Origin: Catajapyx aquilonaris
Lineage: Eukaryota
Assembly (NCBI GenBank): GCA_000934665.2
Contig: JYFJ02001330.1
Location: 62,001-82,951 of the forward strand
Reading direction: 5' to 3'
Length of the DNA: 20,951 nucleotides
Shown piece after piece: positions 1 to 8,299 of this stretch. Within the stretch, counting starts at the first letter, position 1. Each line of letters begins with the position of its first letter. The notes under the pieces are model-generated. The model was not told the DNA's origin and did no database searches. It saw only the letters and a list, made by a program, of their open reading frames with translations. A program made the translations under genes and the position numbers.

Positions 1-299
1 TTCTAAGCCCTCGTTGACGACATCTCTGTGCAAAGATCTTATGCATTAGTTGTGTGCAATCTCTTGATTCATATGTATTCGACTCCAGATATAACAGATT
101 TCAAAGGACGATTAATGGAACACAAGGGCTCTCTCAACCTGTCAACTGCAACAACCTGTTACATGAATCAAGTAAGGCCTATTAATTTTTCATCATTTTA
201 CTAGTGGCCCACAGCCAAAAACTGCAAGACATTAAACTTATATTGAATTAATTAATCGGAGAGACAGCAGCTCAGTTCAGTTCAGAAATTGCAGAGTCC

Positions 300-2100
300 G
301 CAAGAAGCAAAAGATGTTGAATTGCCTCCTGGTCTGCCAACTCATTCCCGACAATCCCAATGTGAGCTTTGACCCAACAGATCTCCATGGTCCCTCAACA
401 TGCCCACAGTATACGTACATTGGGCAGGGACAGATGTTGGAACTGCTGAACGGGGATTAGTGATGGTCTGCAGGGCTAAATGACAATCAGACACCACCCA
501 AACTGTGGCTCCAGACAGCAGCATCCAGGATATCACTCACTGCAATGCCCGTTCCACCATGGACAGCTCAATGTGGCAGAGAGCAGACATCAGAATGTAA
601 GAGATGCAGTCCATGGCCAGGATCTCCCCACGACTGCCAATGCAAATGACGCCCCGCTGGAACCATCGCATGTTACTGATCCGTCGGTAAAGAACAAGAT
701 GTCCATGTCTTCCAGAAACCTTGTCGAGGTGAGGATGACTGGTAGATCCCATTCCCCACAGGGGTGACAGGTCCCGAGAACCGCAGGGATGCGATGAAAC
801 CCTCATCTGCCGAAGATATACATCACAAGACTCCCAGATGGTCCAGGCCTGCAACTTCTGTGAGGAATTACAGGAGGTTGTTGGGGGTAGTCATATAACA
901 TGGGTCGAAATATTTGAATACGAAGGAGCAACTTGCAAAATATTGTTATCTGCACTCCAAACTGAGCCTTGGAGTGCAAAGTTTGCACTTCGGTTGGTAC
1001 AGCTGTTTTTTTTTTATCATGGCTAAACCCAGTAATTTAAAAAATAAGCACTCCGAATAATTCGCACTTCATATTGAAGATTATATTGCAAACTTTGCAC
1101 CTGGACAAAAAATTAAAGATTTGACCCCTAATGTACGCTCTTGTGGCAGCCAGAGAGAAGAGCAGCAGAGCTGCCTGGAGGCAAGAGCGGATTGCCAAAT
1201 GCCTCGCACAGTGATCCAAAATCTTGGCCCCGAAACGGAGCATGGGAAGAATGGCAGCTGACAGGGTTCTATGTGCTTTGCAGAAAAAGTGCCCAGTTAA
1301 GTCCAGCGACCGGCTATACTCTAGACTTCAAAGGACTGGGGAAACTGGTAGGCTCAAACCGAGCTTTCCTACATCCAAATACACAGGCTACATATAGAAG
1401 AATGGCTTTTCGAGTCTGCTGTAACCCAGGGTTGCTCATAGCCGAGGCTCTTATATCCGAGTCTACTGTGTTAGTCAGTTTAGAAATTTCCCACTATGAG
1501 CAGCTATACATCATTGCTTTTGGTACATGGTCACAAATTCTGCTCTTGGTTTGTGTTTCAAAGGGATGGCTTTCCTAGCATATATGGGCATATCTGCTGG
1601 GTTTACACTTTCCTAGCTTGATTTCTGGCAAAATTACCATACTTCCAACTCGATGACATAACTTGTAACTGATAAACCTGCCTTACGATACAAAACTAAA
1701 GAATTTTCCCCATGCTACAGTTGTAAGGTTCTACCCTGCATTCACGAATAAAACTGTGAGATGCTGATTGACCTGCTCCTGCCAAGTCCCTGCCGGAAAA
1801 ACCACAAGTCAGGGGAAGAGCAGATCTGGCACATTCAACAACCAACATAGCAACTGATGAAGCGCAAGACATGTTTTATGGGTTGCAGCTTCAAACTGGC
1901 CACTGCGGCATAGCACCAGCTCTTCCCACCTCTTGAGCTGGAAGAACTGGCGGAGAGCTGCTTTCTCTCCATATTTTGTGGCCCAAAAGGAGTGATACCA
2001 CTGTCCTTGCAGACCAAGCATTACGCCAGGCCATCTGTTGCCTCACTCAGCATGCTAAACAGTGGCTGTAAATATGACTCTGCGTACAATGCGTGAAGAA
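300..2100 (-). mobile_element. Degenerate non-LTR retrotransposon (R1/LOA/I-group-like LINE with RNase H), internally deleted, in an intron of the Mdm-like gene
   Basis: Manual minus-strand translation gives non-LTR ORF2 motifs in the correct order but in different frames. RT start-like WK..MVILPEIKLGKCKPSRYAHIC (~1650-1575). Thumb-like VAGLNWAL / AAILPMLRFGAKIL...SLAATRAY (1310-1134), continuing as MTTPNNLL*FLTEVAGLDHL (895-830). RNase H motifs FFTDGS..GASF (691-677), HIELSMVERAL, VVSDCHLALQTITNP and WVKAHIGIVGNELADQEA (376-323). Stops and frameshifts throughout. Boundaries are approximate and 1750-2100 is only weakly supported. Confidence 0.8.
898..1133. mobile_element. 236-bp MITE-like insertion with TA target-site duplication (Tc1/mariner-type) nested in the LINE relic
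   Basis: TA at 896-897 and 1134-1135. Imperfect terminal inverted repeats (left ACATGGGTCGAAATATTT, right revcomp CATTAGGGGTCAAATCTTT). Removing the insert plus one TA restores the LINE frame A-T-R-A-Y-M-T-T-P. AT-rich, with internal inverted repeats. Confidence 0.7.
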
Positions 2101-2432
2101 CACTACTTGTCTTTTCTCATATCTGTGTGCAGGCAACTGTCCCTGCACCCAATTACACTGTACTCCTGATTATCCGCGCATCGCCAAAAAATTAAATTTT
2201 AAATAACAATCCAAACAAATGTCAATATGTCTTGCTAACGAAGAAATATCACAGATAATGCCACAAATAATAACAATTAAACTAATTTTTAACAAAATTA
2301 GAATTAAAAATTAATTTTTATCATTGAAGTTATGTATAAAGTGAGTTATATCTGTAGTCACAAGAGCTGACAAAAAGTTGCCTGCTAGATGTGAGAATAG
2401 AAGCACCTACCCAACTGCAATAAAACATTTAC

Positions 2433-2968
2433 CGAATAGCACTCATTGCAAAAGCGCCTGGGTGGCCTGTTGCGTGCGGTACACCCTTTCCTCTGGCACA
2501 CCCAGTTGTCCTTCTCGCTCAGCTCGGAGTCTGAACTGGACAGGTCCGAGTCCTCCGTGGACTCCTGGTCCGCCCAGCCCCCCTCGCTTTCCACCTCCAG
2601 GTCCACGGTAATGATGCGGATGTCCTGCACAGAGGAGGACGAGCTCCCATCGCTCTCGAAAGGATTCCGCTCCTCCGTGTAGCTCGCAATCTCAAACTCA
2701 TCCTTGAACACATCGCTATCGGAGTACAGCTCGCTCGTGTTGATATCGCTCGAGTCCTTGCAGTACTCTATAAAACATGCCGGTTACAGCTGTGGACGTA
2801 CAAACCCAAGGCGTGTCCGTCGTTACCTGTCTCCATCCCCTGGTAGCTGTTCTCCGACTCACTCCGCTCCCCTTCAGACGCAGAGCTCGGCAAGCGCAGG
2901 TACATGACAGGCTGGTACCCGCTCCCTCCGTCCAACCTGGCTCTCTTTGGTATGGGTCCTCCTTCCAT
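2433..2968 (-). CDS. Mdm2: Mdm2/Mdm4-like E3 ubiquitin ligase, 5' coding exons (acidic domain + RanBP2-type C4 zinc finger); partial, RING exons expected left of the window
   Basis: Exons 2968-2827 and 2767-2433 joined by a 59-nt GT-AG intron (phase 1) give MEGGPIPKRARL...SYQGMETEYCKDSSD...DEFEIAS...acidic...DNWVCQRKGCTARNRPPRRFCNECYS, then a GTAAAT donor at 2432. DEFEIAS resembles MDM2 VEFEVES, and W-x-C-x4-C-x3-N-x6-C-x2-C fits the RanBP2 finger that follows the MDM2 acidic domain. The start codon is inferred. Confidence 0.8.
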
Positions 2969-3204
2969 CTTTTTGGCACTGAAATGTGTTAGGCACTACC
3001 TCTTTGGTACAATTGAATGCAGCGACTGTGCAGGGTACGGCTCTCGTCCTGCTGCTCCACAGACACGTGCAGGAAAAACAAGTCCAAACACGTTGGGGGC
3101 TGCACCGGAAGATCTTAATCACACGCTGGCCTTTGTAAACGACTTACGACGCTAATATAAGCACGTGCTATTTGGCCACAAGGGATAACTGATGCGTGCG
3201 AAAG

Positions 3205-3420
3205 GGGGAAGTAGCAGCTACTTGAAGCTCACTAGCTGTTACTTCAGCGAGGAATGAAGTAGCAGCTGTTTTCAATGGAATGCGCTGACCCGGCTCTGAT
3301 TGGTCGAGCCCTGCCAATCAGCGCGTCTGTTGCAGGGCGTGTTTTAATTCGTTCCCGATGTAGCAGCTGAACGCACCACAAAAATCGGATGTATCGATTC
3401 TGTATCGATTTAATCGATAC
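3205..3420. promoter_or_regulatory. Probable housekeeping-type promoter of the Mdm-like gene (CCAAT boxes, DRE-like cluster)
   Basis: ATTGG 3299-3303 and CCAAT 3314-3318. TATCGAT at 3392-3398 and 3403-3409, ATCGATA at 3413-3419 (7/8 matches to DRE TATCGATA). GTAGCAGCT three times (3211, 3259, 3360). CpG-containing block ~250-450 nt upstream of the inferred ATG. Confidence 0.55.
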
Positions 3421-4252
3421 TGGGCCTTAAAATGAAAACCAACAGAAAAAAATAAATGTTGAAAAAATGTGACTATTTCTAGAAAAAAAAATTAATGGTA
3501 AGTTTTGTTGTTTTCATTAAAATGTCAACGGCAATGACTTGATCCTAAGTCAGTAGGAATCAGTCAGGATGGTTAGCATCGGTTAGCATAAATAATAATC
3601 GGAGGTCCTGACTAACAAAGCTTTTATACACATCAACGTTACACAGTAAAGTTATTCATTAAAAAATTGTACATTCAAAAAACTTTACGCCTCAAAACAC
3701 ATCTGAATCGTTACGTACATATAATTACAGAAAAATCTTTGGAATTGGAAATTTGGTATAAGACTCATGGCTTACCTAGCCGCATGTTGCGCTATGAAGA
3801 GTAATCCATATGCGAAACAACTTAGTTTTTCAAATCCCAACAGATATTCCAAGTTCAAACAAAAGTCCACTTGACAACCAATGAGTTCTCGGCTAACTGA
3901 TTCCAGAGATCCTCATCATAAATTTTCAATCCCTCCGAACCTAGTTTCCTCTAACTCATGAGGTTTCGGTTCGGTTTAGGGTCATTAAGAAGAAGTCAAA
4001 GCAACTATGATGAGGACAACCACCAATAACAGCATACATGAGTTCCTTGTTATCGACTACGCTCTGATATTGCAACCTGCTTCAAAATCCATCCATTAGC
4101 CAGCCATCCCCAGCTGGTCATGCCTCTCAGGACCACTGAAACCCATAGAATAGTAGCCAGTCTGCCAGTTGGTGCAGCAGATAGGAAAAGATCTTCAACC
4201 GAAGGTCAGGTGGCCGACTGAAGCTGACTTGCTCCCCTTTAGTTAAGGTCTG

Positions 4253-4407
4253 CTACAATGTTGCATCGCTTCGGCGTATCCTGCATGAAATACAACCATT
4301 CTTTTGTTGCAAACCCGGCAAGTGAACGGCTTCTCCCAGGTGTGCATCAACATATGCCTCTTGAGGGCATCGGATCGGCTGAGGACTTTGTGGCATTCCT
4401 GGCAACT
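4253..4407 (-). pseudogene. C2H2 (Kruppel-type) zinc-finger gene remnant
   Basis: After the acceptor TTTCAG (4408) the minus strand reads SCQECHKVLSRSDALKRHMLMHTWEKPFTCRVCNKR: one full C2H2 finger, a TGEKPF-like linker and the start of a second finger that is broken (IRRSDATL* follows out of frame after a 20-nt intron-like remnant). No intact ATG-initiated frame was found through the candidate upstream exon 4646-4481. Confidence 0.7.
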
Positions 4408-4945
4408 CTGAAAGGTTCAATGAAAGGATGCCCATTCATTAAACATGCTGGATGGACCACAAGGTGCTGAATCAAAGCACCTGTGATGCTTCTGTGCAGC
4501 AGAGGAGACTTCATCAGGAGACGGGTGTGTTCGAACGTCCAGCACCGGCTTCGGTGACGTCACGCACACTGGACTGGAATATGCACGCACCCCGACAGGT
4601 AGTAGGCCGCACGTGCCCCCAGGTAGTAGGCATCCTTCGACTTAATCTGAAAAATTGATGCAGTGAAAAAAAAAATAACAAAAAAAATAAAAAGTAAGTG
4701 TGGGTTTGGAAATAGGCAAACCCACGTACCCGAGGCTGCGTCTCCGTCTGGGGGTTCCTCTCCGCCTCTCTGCTGACCTGCCAGTGGATGGTGCCCCCCT
4801 CACGGTGAGTACCAAAGGCATTGGGCAACACTTTAGGGACACTAATGGAATATTATTGTGCAGGACATTTTTTATGTAAGCGAAAGTGGGACTAACCCGC
4901 GGGTGACATAATAGCATGTGCTGTTTCCACTTGTCAGGTCTTGCC

Positions 4946-5971
4946 ATGGCTAACCCGTCCACATCAGAAACGGCGACCACCTCCAACGGCCGGGTGTCCA
5001 AAAGGGACATGGACGAGGCTGAGCTGGACAATGTGTACGTCAATGCCTCGGACGGACTCCCTGCCGCACTCACCCTGAGGGAAGGAGGGATCGATGTGGA
5101 CGAGTGCAGCAGCATGGAGGACGCGAGGACCAACGGAAGTGACAGTGACATGGCGGAGGATCTGCTGACTGACGAGGACCTTCCCTCCGCCCTCATTGTC
5201 ACCGGACTGGATCCAGGATTCTTTGACAACGCTGCTGAAAAGGTACGGAAGCTCACAGAATCTATACGTATAAAGGAGAAAGTTTGTAGGTATGTCATGG
5301 CTACCTAACCCACTTTCAGACTACTGACAGTTCTGAAACTCGCTTGTAGTAAGAAGCAACTGATGGCTTACTTTTCAGAAAGCGTTTGAAGACATGTTCC
5401 GCGCATTTGACGACGAGTCGACGTTCTTCTACTTCAAAAGCTTCAAGCGGGCAAGAGTCAACTTTACAACCTCTGTCGCTGCTGCAAAGGCCCGGATTCA
5501 GCTGCACGAAGTTTACCTAGGAGAGAGGCTCATTAATTGCTACTTCGCCCAGGTGAGTCTCGTTAATGGCTTGTAATGGATGTGTACAATTATTTGCCTT
5601 TTTCCAGCCTGTGACCCCAAAGGATCCGGAAGACGACGGACACCTCCACCCTCCGGCACCTCACAAACAGTTCCTCATATCTCCTCCTGCGTCTCCGCCA
5701 GTGGACTGGGCTCCTGCCCCTGAGTGTGAGCCCTGCATTAACTATGATCTCGTGGCCGCCATTGCCAACCTCACACCAGGTAATTGCAGACACTGCTGTG
5801 TACATCTTCAGCATGCTAATGTTCCGTCAACTTTTAGGAGAAATCCACGAACTGCATGAGGGCAACGCTGAGCAGCCGGGAATAATGCTACATGTAGCCG
5901 AGGTGGACAAAAGCAATCCAATGGGGAAGCCCAAGATCATGCACACCAGTTGCCCGCAGAGAGACACGTGA
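4946..5971 (+). CDS. RCAN: Regulator of calcineurin (calcipressin / RCAN / sarah), ~258 aa
   Basis: Exons 4946-5242, 5379-5552, 5608-5779, 5838-5971, all GT-AG and in frame. RRM-like LPSALIVT..FFYFKSFKRARVNF..CYFAQ, hallmark KQFLISPPASPPVDW, INYDL, PGIMLH (PxIxIT-like) and terminal KPKIMHTSCP. Probable 5'UTR intron 4805-4937. AATAAA at 6217. Confidence 0.96.
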
Positions 5972-6633
5972 ACTCAAGCCAAGAGGAGGCCATTTCACAG
6001 GGTTGGGAGATGTCACTTACATTTAACAAAAAAAAAAAAAAACACCTTTCGCTTCAGACCATTTTGTTGTTCCTGCAAATTCACGCGCCATCTCTTATTA
6101 AGTGTAGGTTGTGGGAAAGTAACCTGGAAAACGATTAAAAGAGTATTGCAAGCTGCAATGTTGAAATGCCTTAGGATCTAGGGCGACTTTAAAAAAAAAG
6201 AGAGAGAGAGAATAACAATAAAGAGGAATATATTTTAGTCATTGATAGGGAAAAAATGTAGCCATAATCACTCAACCACACATACATCACAAGTAGGTCA
6301 TGTGTTGAGCTGTACCTGAATGTGAACATGCTTTGTAACCTCTCTGTTGTTAATTATTGAGTCGATTAAGTTTGTACATTGTGTTCAGGTTACAAAAAAA
6401 TCCTCCTCTTTTATTGCGGCAGGGCACGACTGTTTACAAGTCCGAGAACACCTGTGATAACGAGGGAAGGAAGTCGTGCTCAGAAGGATCCCAGTTTTAT
6501 TGTGTACATATGGTCAGATGTACTTATGTTGTGTTGCGTATTCTACAAGAGCAATTACAATGCGTTGTTTGTTAAACAAATGGAAGGCGTTTTGTTGGTC
6601 ACCTTTGCCCTCCGGTTTCTTCATTAACATATT

Positions 6634-7974
6634 TTAAATGTGCATCGCAGCATTTCTTGACGCATAGATTACATCATTGACACTGATTCCGTCGAAAGCA
6701 GCTCCGGCCAATGCCAGCGGAAGACTATTGTCCTGAATGTACTTGCGGGCCTTAGCGACACGTTGGTAGTGGCCAAGAGTGTACTGAGGGATGCACTGCC
6801 TCAGTACCTCAACCTGTACTGCCACCGGATCCGCCTTAATTTCCACAATGTCTCGCACTGCTTTGGTGGCAATCTGGGTCAGCTCCTCCATCGTTGGATC
6901 TTGTCCAAGGTGAGATTCAAACCATGCTCCTCCCATCATTACAGTCAGGATGGTGCGGTTTCCTTGAGGGAACGTGCACGTGTCATACACAATACCTAGT
7001 ATCGGCTGCGGTTCTGATGACGGCAACAGGAGGCCAAATGCTGGCTCTGGAATTGAGTTTGGTGGGTACTCCAGGCAGGCGATGGCAACTGTAACGTACG
7101 GTATCGAGAAGTGAAGTGCTGGGTGTGATGAAATTTGTAACGAGTGTGTCGGTATGCAGCTCAGTACATGAGTTGCATGTATGTCGCCACATGTGGTATG
7201 CAGTGTTGCGCCAGATCGATTAATATCCACTGACTGGCAGCAGGTGTTGGTCTGTATTGAAACGCCAACCTCTCGTAGCTTCTCCGCCAGTATGATCGGC
7301 AGCATTTCCAATCCGCAGTCGAACGACCACGTACTCCATTTCGGGTTGTCAACCTTCTCCTGCGGCTGTAGAAGCGAGCCAATCAGCGCCATGCCATACT
7401 GCTGCTCCGCTTCATACAACTTAGGTAACAGCAGCCGAACCGACACTTCCCGTGAATCCCCAGCGCACACTCCCCGCACCAACGGATCAAAAGCATAGTC
7501 AGCCACATCATCCCCAAACCTCCTCCGTACAAACGCATCAATCGTATCATCCTCCCCCAGCTTCCTCTTTGCCACAATGTCCCGAATAAGTGCAGCCGCC
7601 AACGGCCTCTTAAACGGCTCGCTCCTTTTAAACAGCGCTGCCAATGAGTTAGGCAACCGATGCAACTTTCCGTGGGCATACACCAACCTGTTCCTTGCGG
7701 CTGGATGTCCCTGTTGAACCGGTACGATCCGTCCGCTCATCCCCAGCTCCTGTACCATCTCCAAAGTGTTGGCTCCCGGACGTCCCACAGGCCTGATGCT
7801 GCGTGGACCCAACTCGAACCGTGCCCCATCATTCAGCACGGTCCGCATCCAACCCCCAATCCTGGGTGAACCCTCCAGCAGTGTGATGTCAGCCGGTCCG
7901 CATCGTCCCAACTTCAGCAGGTAATACGCAGCGGACAGACCTCCAATCCCTCCGCCAAGCACAACCGGTCGCAT
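6634..7974 (-). CDS. PPOX: Protoporphyrinogen oxidase (HemY type), single coding exon, ~446 aa
   Basis: Uninterrupted ORF with FAD-binding VVLGGGIGGLSAAYYL, FELGPRSIRP, RGVCAGDSREVS, FGLLLPS, LGIVYDT..FP, TVMMGG, CIPQYTLGH, GISVND. First ATG at 7974 (the ORF track starts at a GTG at 7980). Minus-strand AATAAA at 6496-6501 and 6410-6415. Confidence 0.97.
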   Translation of the reverse strand: MRPVVLGGGIGGLSAAYYLLKLGRCGPADITLLEGSPRIGGWMRTVLNDGARFELGPRSIRPVGRPGANTLEMVQELGMSGRIVPVQQGHPAARNRLVYAHGKLHRLPNSLAALFKRSEPFKRPLAAALIRDIVAKRKLGEDDTIDAFVRRRFGDDVADYAFDPLVRGVCAGDSREVSVRLLLPKLYEAEQQYGMALIGSLLQPQEKVDNPKWSTWSFDCGLEMLPIILAEKLREVGVSIQTNTCCQSVDINRSGATLHTTCGDIHATHVLSCIPTHSLQISSHPALHFSIPYVTVAIACLEYPPNSIPEPAFGLLLPSSEPQPILGIVYDTCTFPQGNRTILTVMMGGAWFESHLGQDPTMEELTQIATKAVRDIVEIKADPVAVQVEVLRQCIPQYTLGHYQRVAKARKYIQDNSLPLALAGAAFDGISVNDVIYASRNAAMHI

Positions 7975-8299
7975 CTTCACACCTTGTGGTAAAACATAGT
8001 TATTGTAGGCAGCAACTGAGTCAATACCTATGTACCTGCATCACACATGTGGAGGAAAAAAGGTGGTCAAAATGTGTGTCCCACATGTGCATGTGGACCA
8101 GTGGGGAGGAACTGAACGCGCCTCAGGATTTGTGGATGACGTCACCACCAACAGCCGGTGGGCGAGTTCGCAACTTTTCTTTGGTCCACCTTGTTGGTCA
8201 TCATCATCATCAACTTCCTTTGGTCTGAAGGTGGTCGAAGTTGAGGGTTTGGACCCGCAGAATCCTGTCCGGGCCAACTGCGTTGACGGCACCGGGACA
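7975..8299. promoter_or_regulatory. Compact divergent (bidirectional) promoter/5'UTR region of PPOX and ZMPSTE24
   Basis: Start codons face away from each other 325 nt apart. E-box-containing CACATGTG at 8044-8051 and 8082-8089. Candidate 53-nt PPOX 5'UTR intron 8035-7983. Confidence 0.6.

Noticed and set aside
1141..1578. 145-aa plus-strand ORF
   Set aside because: Antisense to the LINE relic, non-ATG start, no motifs.
4511..4516. Tandem in-frame TGA TGA upstream of the zinc finger (selenocysteine or readthrough idea)
   Set aside because: No recognisable SECIS, and the downstream finger is itself broken. Decay is the simpler explanation.
4700..4725. 9-bp hairpin GTGGGTTTG/CAAACCCAC beside an A/T run (terminator-like)
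   Set aside because: Eukaryotic context. The T-run is better explained as an intron polypyrimidine tract.
4642..5298. 218-aa minus-strand ORF and other shadow ORFs over RCAN, PPOX, ZMPSTE24 and the LGR
   Set aside because: Antisense or off-frame shadows of GC3-rich coding exons, with no domain features.
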